A DNA stretch of 64,000 nt from Zygnema circumcarinatum SAG 698-1b. Taxonomy: Eukaryota > Plantae > Zygnematophyceae. This document shows, in pieces, positions 25,233 to 38,747 of this stretch. The position numbers and the translations under genes are program-made. The notes beneath the pieces are model-generated. The model was not told the origin of the DNA. It was given only the letters and a program-made list of their open reading frames with translations, and ran no database searches. The stretch's first letter is position 1. Each line of letters begins with the position of its first letter. The stretch lies in the NCBI GenBank assembly GCA_037447605.1, contig CM074806.1:2170001-2234000 (forward strand), in the 5' to 3' direction.

Positions 25233-28200
25233 ATGGATCGCAGTCGATTAGATCCGATACACTTTCAACCGCAGGCGGGCTCTTTGCCTTATTATTGCTC
25301 GCCGAGTTCGTTCAATGAGAATGACCACGCAACTGTTGTGCCTGCCGAGGTGAGCAGTTCTGGAGCTGTGTTGCTGTTGTCAACGTTTTCTAGAGCAGAT
25401 TCTGATGCTTTGTAGGTTTTGCTGGATCTTTGATGAAGCATCCATGTGGACAACGAATTCTGATTTCTGTTGTTCTCTTAATGATCTCCTGCAGCATCGC
25501 CATGTAGGCTTTTGGAAGGGTGAGCAAGAGGCCAACGACGCTGTAGAAAAGGCAGCTTCTGCGTATTTGAAGTCAGGCGATGATGTTTTGGCTGGTCAGT
25601 GACCATTAGCCTGCTTTGAACATGCACATTTTTTTCTGCATCCTTGCTGTCTGTCTTCCTGGATTCAATTTCGAGTAGATTGCAAGTGTTGGTGTGGAGA
25701 AGAATCTTAATTGCCGTAATCCTTTGGCTAGAGTTTGTTGCGAGTATGTATGACTCACTTTCCTTTACCTCTGATGGGCAGGTTTACATGGCAGCATCCA
25801 CGATACGGTGTTCTCGACGGATTTGCATTTCTCTACCACTGGCGGTGCTGACAATGTAGCTGCAAATGAGGTGAACTGGAGAAGCAGAGATAGCAATGAC
25901 TGGTTAGGTTATGAAGCTGAACTATCAATGAAGAACTCATTGGACCGGCACCTGTCTGGGGAGCGGAGGATGAGTGTGAATAATGCAACAGGATCTTACC
26001 CCTGGAGTGAGAATGGGGAACTTTCAGTGTCGAGAACGATCTCACCCCATTTGTCGCAGCGCTTGCCATTATATAAGAATGGTGCAGAAGGTGGAGCAAG
26101 CCATTCCATTCCTGCGCAGGATGATGGCCACTTGGCTTCCTCCCCATTTGCAGCTTTATTTGCAAGCAAACGTAAGCTGCTTTCTGATTTCTTGGAGGGA
26201 CTTCGCCAATAAAAGCTATGGAGTCTGTCAGGCCTTGTATTTGGGCATTATTGAATTGATTCTTTGCCTAAACTTGTTTGTCTGATCAAAGTCATCTAAT
26301 AGCAGGCCCTGTATCTTCCCGCAAAATCATTTTTCTTTAAAAGCCTCCAGATTGCTGCATTGCGTAAAGTTTGCCTTCTTGTCCGAATGTCTGATCCTTT
26401 CCCGTTGTTTGTGGCTACGCAGTCAGCCTTGGTGATGGAACGTCCCTCAGGGCTCAGTCTGCAAACGCGGTTGTTGCCTCATCTTTGGAAGGCAGCAGAA
26501 TCACGGAGGAGCAGTTAGGATCCTTGGAGGAGCTTGAATCTCAAACCATTGGGAGGCTTCTGCCTGATGACGAAGAAGAGTTGTTCGCTGGAATGGTGGA
26601 GGAGTATGATAGACGGGCTCAGGCATCAGGAATTGCGAGCTTGGAAGAAACAGAGGATTTTGATCTCTTCAGCAGCGGCGGAGGTTTGGAATTGGAAGGA
26701 GAAGGGGATGGATCAGGGATTGGCCAGAAAGGATCAGATTCTTTATCAGGGCTATCCTCAGGGCAGCTCTCTTCGACTGGAGCGAATGGGTTGGCTGGGG
26801 AGCATCCCTTTGGAGAGCATCCCTCCAGGACTCTGTTTGTGCGGAACATAAACAGCAACGTGGAAGATTCTGAACTGCGGAGCTTGTTTGAGGTATGTTG
26901 ACCTGCATGTGATTATGAACCCGAAGCGTTGTAGGTCACGAGTAACGCAATTCACACTACGTGCAAATGAGCACTGGGACTATGTTCTTCTCTTAAAGAT
27001 CAGGGTCATCTTAAAAAATGTGATTGTCGGTCAGAAGCTGGACACTGCAATGTAGTGGAAGCCTGTTATACACATGCAGATTAACCTCTCCTGTCCACAT
27101 TTTGACCATTCCTGGTGTTTATATTCAATGCCATCAAATTTTGGTATAGTTGTTCATACTTCAAGCTTGCAGTCTGTGATTTTAACCTGAACTTAGTATC
27201 ATGTCTAACTTATGTTTTCCCGCTATTGACGGACCAGCAATATGGAGCAATTCGGACCCTTTATACTGCATGCAAGCATCGTGGTTTTGTGATGATTTCA
27301 TATTATGATATTCGTGCTGCAAGGAGCGCTATGCGAGCTCTTCAGAACAAGCCGTTGCGCAGACGAAAGCTTGACATTCATTTTTCTATTCCCAAGGTGA
27401 CTGATCATATGCCTATGAAAGAAATAGGAAACTGCGTCTGAGTAACTTATTTTTGTGGGCATACATCCTCATTTTCTTCCATAACTACTTATCCCTTCGT
27501 GCCTTTTGTGATTCTTTGGTTGGCTGTGCACCCTTGCAGGAAAATCCATCAGACAAAGATGTGAATCAGGGCACTTTGGTAGTGTTCAATTTGGACGCCT
27601 CAGTGTCCAATGACGAGCTTCGGCAGATATTCGGTGTATATGGCGAGGTCAAGGAGGTGAGTATGCTATCCTTCTCCCAGTCGATAAATGCATTCAACAG
27701 TATAATCTCCTTTTGTGCTCGTGACGCAAGTTCACTGTGTTGATATTGTGAATCCAGTATATCGTATGACTTGTCTGTTTAATGTGGACCTTTGCCTACG
27801 CAGATTCGAGAGACCCCACACAAGAAGCATCACAAGTTTGTAGAGTACTATGATGTACGAGCTGCTGAATCTGCGCTTCGAGCTCTCAATAGAAGTGACA
27901 TTGCTGGGAAGCGTATTAAGCTTGAGCCCAGTCGACCCGGCGGAGCTCGCCGCAGGTAAATTGCAGCCAGTGCCAACAATGTTCTGCTTTTGGCATTATC
28001 TGTAAACGATGGTATTGTCCATTGCGATTTTGAAGAATTGGACAGTCATCAGTGACGATGGTTTGCTATGAATGTTTATAGAACGCATAAAGGATGCATT
28101 CTGATGCTAACAGGAATGAGCACCTGTTCTTTCTTGCTTCGCCTTTTCTGCCAGAAAGTATATGATTCTGCAATGATTGGTGGCATAGTGACGGACTTGC

Positions 28201-31200
28201 CTTTGTTTTTCTCCAGCTTAATGCAGCACCTTAATGCAGAGCTTGAGCTTGAGGAGTCCCGGCCCCAGCGCCCTACTTCTCAGAATTCTCTTACAAGCTC
28301 TCCGCCCGTCCAAGGTTCACCCTGGGGTTCAAGCTCACTCCTTTCTGAGGCTGACACTGGAGCTGGAAGCCGGAACATGCAGAATTCTCAGACATCCTCG
28401 AGTTCCCTTGTCTCAGCTCTATACAAAACCTTAAGCACTGCCCAAGGCAGCACGCCCACTGGAGCAATAGCAGGCAGTCTCAGTGGGGGGCCTGCAACTC
28501 TGCCTCCTCACCCACTGGCACCTAGCAGAGTGGCATCAGCCTCATCCCTGATAGGTCTGCAGAGCCAGCATGAGGCAGTTTTGGCTCAGTCAATTGCAGC
28601 TTCTAACCTAGGTTTGTCACGGCTGCCTCCCCAACCTCCGCATTCTCTGCCAGACTTTGTGAACGGCATGATCTCTCAGGGCCATTATGGCCAAGCATCT
28701 GCACTGGTATCAGCTGCAGCCGCGGCAGCTGCAGGCCTTTCCTTACGAGGAAGGGAAACCATGGAGAGTTCCGGAAGACTGCATAGAGCAAGCAGCGCCT
28801 CTGCGCTTTCGTTGCGGATTGGCGATTCGTCATTCGATCATTCGAGTTCAGGTATGGACATTATACTCCTTCGTGTGGGCAGTTTGGGAACTTAGCTTTT
28901 GTGACAAGTTTCATGGTGGGATCACAGGGAATTTCCCTGCATGAACTTGCTTTGACCGAGCTCTGCCTTCACTTAAACTTCCATTTGTATGTATTGCCCT
29001 GCTATTTGAGGCCTCTATTGGGCGGCAGCTGTAGTTCTGGAAAACTGTACTGGGATCGCTGAATACTTTACAAACCATTGTCGGGTTTAGTGATTGATCT
29101 TACAGACCCCTTCAAGATGTAGATAACCAATTTACTTTTTCGTCGTGCTTGTGTGATGCAGGGCTTGGCTCATCTACCTTCGGAGGACATCAATTTCCAT
29201 CAAGCAGTAGTTTTGGAGGCGGTGGCTCAGGATCGTCTTCGGCAACAGGGAACCAATCCTACATATGGGGAACATCAGGATCAGATTCTTTCCGCCAGAG
29301 CCTGCAGAATGCGGGATCACCACCGCTTGTATGGCCCGTTGCTCATGACTCACTCTTTCAGCAGACGCTTGGACAGGATTCGTATTCCCAAGGACTAGTT
29401 CTGGATCAGGGCTACCCACAGAATCTGGTGGAATCCTCACCATATTCTGGCATTCACAACAGCGGGCTAGAACAAGCTTATTCTTTGAATTCCGCAATTG
29501 AGCAAGCATACTCCCAATCCATGACAAGGGCATCACAGGCGATCAACCAAGTACGGAGCCATGTTGGCGCCCAGTCTGCACATCCTTTGACAAGCGGTCG
29601 CAGTCATAGCAATGCGTTGAGTCTTCAACGTGGAATGCGGGGAGGCCATCATGTTGGTTCCGATCCTCTCCTCTTGGACCGTCGATACAGCTTCCTTTCT
29701 GAGTCACAGGACACCCTTGTTAGAGGTGGCTCTCTTGGAGCAGTGGGAAGCTCCTTGGGTGGCAATTTGGGCGGGGGACTGGTAACAAGTTCGGGTAACA
29801 GCCTTTCGAGCTTGGTGTCCCCGTTGGGAAGTGGTGCCCGTGAAAGCAGCCTCGATCGCTTTTCCCTTGGGGCAATGGCGAATGACGTTGGCTTTGATAC
29901 TGGTTCGTCTTCACCGGGGTTGCTGTCCCCGCAAGTCAGAACACGTGGCCACAGCACGACTCCAGGAAGTCAAGTGGATAGCTACAATGACAGAGCACGA
30001 AGCAGAAGAATGGAACAGAACATCGTGGATGGCAAGAAACAATACCAGCTTGATTTGGACCGGATTATGGCTGGAGACGATAATCGCACAACGCTTATGA
30101 TTAAGAACATTCCCAATAAGTAAGTATGTGGATGACTTAAAGCGAATTTTGCAGGTTTGGGTCCTTTTGTGTTCTGGGTCCTGTATCTCAGGCTGCTCTA
30201 CTCTGTCAAATTATGTACCTGGCAAAGGGGATGTTTGGAATGATTGGCATGTTTAGGTGGTTGGCTGTCTAGTGATGGCTGTTTTAACTGTGCTTGCTGA
30301 ATTGATGTTGCACTGCAGGTATACACAAAAGATGTTGCTGGGTGCAATTGACGAGCATCACCGTGGAACTTATGATTTTTTTTACTTGCCGATTGATTTC
30401 AAGGTTTGAACTTGACCTTGTTGCATAAATCTTAAGGACAATGCTGTGTCATTCAAGATCTCTCCCATGTTGTGAGTTTGCTTGTCCGCTAACTGTGATG
30501 CTTGCTGTCATGGCTGGTTGGAGTGCAACATTGATTTGAAAGGTTGTCTTTTCCAGTCCGTTTTCAATGGCAGGATGCATTTGCTAATCAAGAATCTTGG
30601 TGCTCTGGCAGAATAAATGTAACGTGGGCTATGCCTTCATCAACATGATGGATCCTTTGAAAATCGTCCCTTTCTTCCAGGTGGGAATTGACGAGCACAA
30701 TTACTTCATGCAAATTACACCTTGCTGTGTCTGTAACATCTCCTTTTCCGTTTGAAAGTTTGTTTTACAACAGTTTCTAGGTTCTGGTGGCGTTAATTGA
30801 CCCTTTTAGCCCCGATATGTTTCTTACTGTACGGAAACATTAACCGTCTCCACAATAATGCGCATGTGCAGGCGTTCAATGGAAAGAAGTGGGAGAAATT
30901 CAACAGCGAGAAAGTGGCCTTGCTTGCATATGCACGTATTCAAGGAAAGAATGCTTTGGTCGCTCATTTTCAGAACTCCTCACTCATGAATGAGGATAAG
31001 CGATGCCGTCCCATTCTTTTCCATTCTGTAGGACCTCATGTTGGGGATCAGGTAGGCATTCTATCCAGCTGCAGTTTGCGGGAAGCTGTGTATCGAATGA
31101 CCATGTCGTTGGATTTGCTTTCCAACCTCTTTATGGAAAACAACCTTTCTCGCAATGGATTTGCATGAGTGGCTCGATGAATGACGAGTGCAATTCACTC

Positions 31201-31598
31201 GATATTCATCGAGCTATACTTACATGTGTATGCTACATCTTGTCGAGATTCCCGCTGCGAAGCTCATCATTTGTGATAGAAGCTTTGTTACGTAGTTGGG
31301 CTATTTGGTATTCCTGGGTATATTTTCTGGCATATGATACTTTCTTACGCCATGTGATGCCATGGGGTTGCAGGAACCATTTCCGGTGGGGATGAATGTG
31401 AGAACACGGTCAAATAGGGACAGGCCGAATGGGACAATCAGCAGTCACCAAGGCAGCCCTGCAACGAGCTGCAGCAGCAGAGATGATTCCAATCACGGTG
31501 GGAGTGCTTTTGGTTCGGGTTCCAACAATTCAGGAGGTTTTCTCCGAGTTGGTTCGAACAGAGGGCGTGATGGGGATCCTTCGTCACCAGATTTTTGA
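25233..31598 (+). CDS. MEI2-like (AML-type) RNA-binding protein with three RRMs; start codon approximate
   Basis: Spliced peptides HVGFWK, ELESQTIGRLLPDDEEELF, RRM1 GEHPSRTLFVRNINSNVEDSEL...RRRKLDIHFSIPK, RRM2 NQGTLVVFNLD...KRIKLEPSRPGGARR, and RRM3 DNRTTLMIKNIPNKYTQKML...[22 protein letters not shown]...SSLMNEDKRCRPILF. Confidence 0.95.
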
Positions 31599-33364
31599 CT
31601 TGGTCGATGCCATCAAGACCTCATTGCTGTCCAGGAATTTGGCCGATTTCCTGTGGGAAAAGGAAATGCCGATCTTCTTTTCTTTCTGCACTGTGAGCAG
31701 AAGGATCGAACCAATCCAGTGCTGTATATGGCTTTGTTTTTGAAAGCTACTCTTGGCGGTGCTATGCGCCATGGCTGAAGATTCTATTTTGGTCCCCAAG
31801 GGTGGAGAGAGACCTCCAGGGCGTCCAGGAGTGCTCGGGAGTGCTCACTGCGACAACTCATGGACATCGCATGCGGTGTTGACGCGGATGATGACGAAAT
31901 GTTGGACCTGGGACGTTGTTCAGAGCCAGGTGTTTTTTTGCTGACGCTCATCAATTCTTGTAGATGTAGGTCTACTATAGTTCTGGATTTAAGGCAGGCT
32001 ATGTGGATAGGCCCTTTCGCACTGCCGACTGCTTTGGAAAACTTTTGGTTGCTTTGCTCCCATAGTCCCAGAGTGTGTCGTCCTTTCAGGACGCACTTCT
32101 TGTGGCAGTTAGTGCATTCCCGACCACGATGGGGAAGGCTTACAGGTGGGGGGGCCTGTCCGAGTGTGGCAGGCCCCTTCCAGGGCGCAGCGGAGCTGAA
32201 GCTGCCACGTCTTGCCTTGTGTAGATGCTTTTGTAGTGTAGGTACGTACATGTGTCGCGTTAAACGGTCTGTTTCTGGAGATTACTGTCTCATGCGCGAG
32301 CAACTGTCACCTGAACAATGGGCGGCCGCTGCTGGACTCATAATGGCTGCGGTCGACCGTGATGAATGGGCGCGCGGGTGTAGCGGAGGTAGTATGTGCG
32401 TACTGAGTTTACGGAGCTGAGCCCCACATCTTGTATATAGGACGACCGAATGTCGGTTGTAAACCATTTTTCATGAGCGTTCTATTGCTTGCATAGGAAC
32501 TGGAGAGGCTTTCCTCCATGGAGAGGTGTCGCAGATGGGGGATGAGGATGTGGGGTTTCTGCCAGACGTGAATGCGAAAGCGCATCATCATTCCAACACG
32601 TTATCCACATGCCGTAGGAAGTGCGCGGTTTGGCCCATGTTCTCGATCCTCCTGCCAGCCTTTTTACCTGAAGCGAGAACATCTGCCCTGTGCACGCACT
32701 CTCGTGACATCCCCCACCTGATGCAGAATGCAGTGACGGCAGGTAATTTCAATTCTTGCAAGAAAAACCATGGGAAGATGTTACAGCTTTCGAATGGAAT
32801 CGGATGCCACCGCTCCGCTGAACACAGACGAACCCTGTCTCCCGATATGGGCGGGTTTTTTTGGTCAAGCTGAAAGTCTGTAACCCTCACCGCCCAGTGC
32901 CCATCTCCACCTCCAGTCTATCAGTACCATGCACGGTACTGTACTGGCCAGCGCCCGTACCCGCTCTGAGGGTGGGAGAGGGCTCTCCCTCCCCCCCGGC
33001 CGGCCCTAGAACTGAGGGCGCCCCTCCCTCTAGGGTTGGGGGCCGTACCGTACGGAACCATACGCCCTAACGGCCGTTTCCACTCAAAATTTTGCCGTCC
33101 GCGCCCGCCGGCTGCGGCGAGGGAGCCACGTGGCCCTTGCGCCGAGGGAGCAACGGCCGCCGTCCGTTCGCCCCCGCACGTGCGGGGGGGAGGGGGGCGG
33201 GGCGCCGCCCTACGCCTCCTTCCCCGCGGCTCGCCCACTACCTCCTTCAGACCCTCCCGCGCATTCTGCTGGCCACTCCCCACTCGCTCTCTCTCTCTGC
33301 AGCCAACGGTCCTGCGTCGTATTTTGGAGACAACTCTCATATAATCGACAGAGCTGCGCATTTC

Positions 33365-35984
33365 ATGGCTGCCGCTATGCATGGGAGTAATTTGACGCTA
33401 TCCGGGACGTCCTGTTCATGGAGCACCGTGGGACCGGCAAGAGGAGTTACTGCAAGGCAGGAATCACTCCCAGGATCCGTCGCTTTCAGATCATATCATG
33501 AAAATGATAATAGAAGACTCTCTTCCTCAATGATTCCGCACAAGCAGAGCGAGGATGTTGGGTCAGTTAATGTTTTTCGACACTCAGTCCTCAGCATCGA
33601 GCAGATTGACAATTTCAGCTATAGCGAAGGGGTAAGGAATAGACAGGGCGACTGCATTAGCGCAAGTTATGGCTATGGCAGGCCGGACGTTGCCCGGATC
33701 AAAGTAATTGGTGTGGGCGGTGGAGGTGGAAACGCTGTGAATCGTATGGTTAATCGAGGCCTTCAGGTGAGAGAACAACCATAATTTTTGGCTTTGATAT
33801 TAATGTTTGAACTATGGGAAAGTGTGTTCGGAGCGGAGACTGCTGCATCTAATGAGCTGTAAATGAAAACGCTGATTTGATCTTGCCATATATGAAGTAC
33901 ATATATATAACCTGGGTTGTGTTTTTCGTGCAATTGAAATGACTCGTCTTTGAACCCATGCACAACTGGTGGCGATGTCCTAATTCACCTGTTTGGCTTC
34001 TGATAATTTTCAAGGATAGGCTTGCAGCAATGGCAAAAGGTTCTGGAATTGAATTCAGCTGTGGCTGAACCTGAGCATTGAATTATGCTAGGCATGGATG
34101 ACATGTGTGATAATTGCGTATGACAACATGTAGATGATGCGTTTAGGATCAATTTCAGCTTGTTTATTTGACTCTTTAGTATCATTGTCAAGCATCGGAC
34201 TGCTAGTTTGGACTGCTAGCCTCCTCCTTCTCATTCTCCTAGTTCTGTTCATTCAACCTCCTCCTTCTTCCTCCCCCTGCATCCTCTCTGATTATTCCTT
34301 CTCCTTCGCTCCTCCCTGTTGTTCGACTTTATTTTTCCATCGCCTCTCCTACCCCAGTTTCTTCTACCCCACTTTCTGGCTACCTTAAACTTCTTAAAAC
34401 ACCATTTCGAGTGATGCAGCATGTGGTGGTCTTGAACTCATACTGAAGTGCGAAAACTACTGGATGATACCTTCTAAAATTTCTCAATGGCGCTGCAGAG
34501 TGTGGAGTTCTGGGCGATAAACACTGACTCTCAGGCTCTTATACAATCAGTGGCGGAGAACAGACTTCAAATTGGAGATAACTTGACTCGTGGTCTCGGT
34601 AAGCATCTCTTTCTGACGCCACTGCTGCCTTTGCAAGTCTGAGTCTTTCCTGGCCCTTTCAGAGGTCATCCTTTTTTAAGAATTGAAATACATTACTAAC
34701 GGCATGCACAAGAAATCAAAAGTGACTGAAGCATTCAATTGAGGTTAGTCTTCTTTTCATGGACGCAGGTACTGGCGGGAAGGCTGTGCTCGGGCGGCAG
34801 GCTGCTGAAGAGTCGGTGGACGCCATAGCCGAGGCTGTGAAGGACGCCGACATGGTCTTCATCACGGCCGGCATGGGAGGAGGGACGGGCAGCGGGGCTG
34901 CACCTATAGTTGCAAAGCTGTCGAGGGATAGGGGGCAGCTGACTGTGGGGGTGGTAACATACCCATTCACTTTTGAGGGCAACAGAAGGGCTAAACAGGT
35001 GAGGCGAATTCCGGAAAGAACATGTTATAATCCTTGGCATGCTATAATCCAGGGAGACTTTTTCCTTGTCGTCTGAACATGCCGAATGTGGAGTTGAGTT
35101 TCCAGGCACTGGAAGCAATAGAGGAGATGCGACGAAATGTGGATACTCTGCTGGTGGTGCCAAACGATCGACTTCTTGACATTGTGCCCGCAAACACCCC
35201 TCTTCAAGAAGCATTTTTTACTGCAGATGATGTCCTGAGGCAAGGTGTGCAAGGTATCACCGACATCATCACGGTGAGGCAGATGCAGCCATTGATGTAC
35301 TCTACCTTACTGTGTTTCAAACGCTTCCTTGTCTATGGTATAGAAGGCGTAACTCCTTGTCGACTTCTTTTCTGTTTCTCCTTTCTTCAGATTCCTGGCC
35401 TTGTGAACGTTGACTTTGCGGACGTAAAGGCCATAATGACGAACGCAGGCACAGCCATGCTCGGATCCGGGAAAGGGTCAGGGAACAACAGGGCAGAAGA
35501 TGCGGCCTTTGCCGCCACGTCTGCGCCACTTATTGAAGACTCCATCGAACAGGCCACAGGGGTTGTTTTCAACATCAGTGGAGGCAAGGATATGACTTTG
35601 CAGGAAGTCAACAGGGTATCTCAGGTGAGCTTTACGACTTACTTTACTCTTCTGGGACTGTAAGGACGGAGCTGGTTCATTCATCGACACAATCTTGAAT
35701 GCCATTTTTTTTTCTAATGTGGGCAGATTGTCACGGAGCTGGCGGATCCATCTGCAAACATCATATTTGGAGCGGTGGTGGATGAGCAGTACACAGGAGA
35801 GCTCCATGTGACCATCATTGCTACAGGCTTCACTCAGAGCATCCCCAAGCTTGTAGGGGCACGAGAGTTCAGCAGAGCCAAAAATAGAGTTCCGGTTGCA
35901 AATGGAGTCGGGCTCGGAATGAGCGGCATCGAGGGAGCCAATGGCGTGGCCTTGCCGACAAGGTTCAACCGGCGGATACGATGA
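33365..35984 (+). CDS. ftsZ: Plastid division protein FtsZ (FtsZ1/FtsZ3 branch) with transit peptide; 6 coding exons
   Basis: [30 protein letters not shown], tubulin signature [27 protein letters not shown] and [10 protein letters not shown]...VTIIATGF. No FtsZ2-type C-terminal core motif. Confidence 0.96.
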
Positions 35985-36785
35985 TGATGATTCCTCACCT
36001 TATTGATGGCAGTGCAGCGTGCAGGCGCCCCCTTGCCCTCTGGGCGTGTGCGAATTATCGCGAGAGGAGGCGCCATTCTCTTATCTCTGCCCTCGTGGTT
36101 TTGGTCGATAGCTGTGTATGGGGAGGCAAGGCAGCGCCTGGAAATTGGGTTACAACTTGAACCTTGAATAGGGAGATCATTCTCTCCGTACAATGAGGAG
36201 CGTTTGAGGTCAGGTGATTTGTATAGTTTCGTGATTGGGTTGTTGATGGGTTCGAGGGTTATTAAGGTATATGAAGGGACATTCAACAAAATATTGGATT
36301 GAGGTATTGAGGAGCGCAGGGAAATGTAGCAGGGTTGGTCAAGGGCTGAGGCTTTAGCAGGATGACAGTGTCCTTTGACAGTCAAACGAAATGGCCACAT
36401 ATAAGGGACCCTGTATTGTTAATTGACAACTATTGCAAACAATAACCACATGCTTTTGTTGAATCCCAAGATCTAGTTTTGCAAGAAATCTCACGCTCAT
36501 CCTACAACTCCTCATTGTCCTTACTCCTTACCGATCCTTGAGCCTATGGCAATCCAACCCCCCCCTCTCCACACATTCGGACCTTCGCTTGTCATGTGAT
36601 GTCATATGCATGGTCACATCGCGCATGCATCCTTTCAAGCCGAAGGGTGGGCAGGCCTCTCAGCCGGCATGACCGATACTTGACGACATTCGATATATCC
36701 ATAGACCGATATACTGATCCGAAAACGGGAGCGAGATCGATACGATATTTCTCCCGCCATTGCCCACCCGCTGTCATGTGCAAAT

Positions 36786-36876
36786 CCGTACTGTTTCACT
36801 TACCGTACACGCCAGTACAGTACTGTACGGCATTTAATGGTACAAATATGTACGGTCCCCCCCGGCGCCGTACGGC
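36786..36876. promoter_or_regulatory. Dense GTAC cluster upstream of ferredoxin
   Basis: Eight GTAC cores in ~90 bp (ccgtactg, ccgtacac, cagtacagtactgtacgg, ggtacaa, tgtacgg, ccgtacgg), followed by G-boxes at ~36941 and ~37013. Confidence 0.5.
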
Positions 36877-37209
36877 GCGCACTGCCGCGCCCCGCGCCGT
36901 CGAACGCGCGGCCCGGCGGTGGCCATCCACTGGCGGCGCGCCACGTGGTTGAATATCCGGCGAGGAGTGGCTGCGGCGCGCGCCCTTATCCACGGTCAAC
37001 CACTCGTCTCACGCCACGTGACGCCTGCACGGCCTCCGATTGGCCCCACGCGCGGCCCCGCGAGCCACACAGGTCCCGCGTGCGCGCCCTTATTCGGGGA
37101 CGGGGGGGCCTCCGGTGCCGCAATCCCGGCACTCTTACTCTCACTATCACTCTCTCGCTTTCTCTCTCTCTCACTCCCGCACCCTCTCAGACTCCCGCAG
37201 CAGTCAGCC

Positions 37210-37620
37210 ATGGCCGCCCTCGCCATGTCCGCCGTCGCTCCCTCCGCCTTCCTCAAGGCCGGCATCGCCAAGGTGTCCGTGGCGAAGTCCTTCCGCGTGA
37301 GCAGCTCCGAAGCTCGCGTGTGCATGAAGAGTTACAAGGTAACGTTGAGGATGCCCGGAAGCAAGGAGGCGGTGCTGGAGATTCCTGATGACGAGTACAT
37401 CCTCGACTTCGCTGAGAACGCCGGCATCGATCTCCCCTTCTCCTGCCGCTCCGGCGCCTGCTCCTCCTGCGCAGGCAGGATGGTGTCGGGAACCGTCGAC
37501 CAGTCCAACCAGTCGTACCTTGATGACGACCAGATGAACGCTGGCTTCGTGCTCACCTGCCACGCCTATGCCACCTCCGACTGCGTCATTGAGACTCACA
37601 AGGAGGATGAGCTCCTCTAA
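37210..37620 (+). CDS. petF: Plastid [2Fe-2S] ferredoxin with transit peptide, intronless
   Basis: Starts [14 protein letters not shown]...SYKVTL. Cluster motif [15 protein letters not shown], plus [13 protein letters not shown] and [23 protein letters not shown]. Confidence 0.96.
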   Translation: MAALAMSAVAPSAFLKAGIAKVSVAKSFRVSSSEARVCMKSYKVTLRMPGSKEAVLEIPDDEYILDFAENAGIDLPFSCRSGACSSCAGRMVSGTVDQSNQSYLDDDQMNAGFVLTCHAYATSDCVIETHKEDELL

Positions 37621-37657
37621 GCAGAGGGTTTTGGGAGGCGCCTTTGTCGTAGACAGG

Positions 37658-38747
37658 GATATTGGGTGTTCTTCAGAATCAGCCGTGGGTCATGGGCATG
37701 GGCTGGGGCGCTTTTGGAGGGTTCAGTGTATCTTTGCCAGGTTCTGGCCCAGCTCAGTGCTTGATTGCTCTGTGCTGTAGCCTGGCCTGGCTGGGACCTG
37801 GAAAGTGAGGTTTGAGCAGCAAGATTCGCTCGGGATGCTGCAGCACCATGTTGGCCAGAGGCTGGTCTGTGTCTCCCACCTTCATTAGCGCAGACTAGTG
37901 AGCTTACGAGTATCCTTGTTTCTTACCTCCTAGTTTAGGATCTAGAACAGATATGGCTTCTGCCTTCGAGATAGTACAGACAGCTTTGAGTGAGTGTCCG
38001 GAAATTAAGTTGCACAACCTGTGATCCGTTCATGTTTTGCAAAAAGGGAATTTTTGGCTCCAGCCCATCATTCGGGATTGTGTGTAATGATTGTGGTACC
38101 TGCGTGGGCCCGAGCTTGGGAGAAGTTTCATGTAGGTACTAGAGATTGGCACATCAATGTGGTCACACGGTTGTGGATTGGGCGGGGCGGGCCATCCGCT
38201 GGGGCAGGCAGGGCCCCTTCCCGGGACAGCTGGCCAAGGGGCACCTCCGAGGGTCTAAGCAGATCCTCTGCTAAGCTTAGAAATGTGACGTGATGGACTT
38301 GTGGCCGCAATACTAGCCAGCTTGCAGGAGCTCTGATGTTCTCACCTAATGGATGCCTGGGACTGGGCGGGCGAGATGTGGCATTGTGGAGTTGCTTTCT
38401 GCGGGGGGCCGGTTTTGATACGGGCATGAAGATGCTGACATGTTTGATGCTTAAAACTTCCTGGCTTGGGGTTTGTTTTGTAGTGTGTGAGCTGCTTTTG
38501 TGTGTACTTCAAAGGGCTGTGAGCTTGTGGCTTTCACTTGTAGAGTTCAATGAAGGAATGAAGTGAAGCTGCTTTCTCCGCATATGGAGAAGCAGCGATA
38601 TTTCAATCTACAATCCGTAGTCTAGTCATGATCCTGTAATGCTCCTGTAAAGGGCCATGGAAGCTTTTAGTCTTTCTGGGATTAATATAGATCGCTTGAT
38701 GTCGAAAGTGTGGGAGGACTGAGTCGAGGTGTCAGGGAACAGGCTGG
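37658..38747 (+). repeat. Dispersed duplication, copy A (3' of ferredoxin)
   Basis: Collinear, by eye ~85-90% identical to the reverse complement of 59612-60902. Confidence 0.93.

Noticed and set aside
36919-37209. N-terminal extension of ferredoxin
   Set aside because: Promoter and CT-rich 5' UTR. The ATG at 37210 has good context and begins a typical transit peptide.
37658-38747. Solo LTR interpretation of the duplication
   Set aside because: There are no matching TG...CA ends at the shared boundaries and no 4-6 bp TSD. It is kept only as an alternative.
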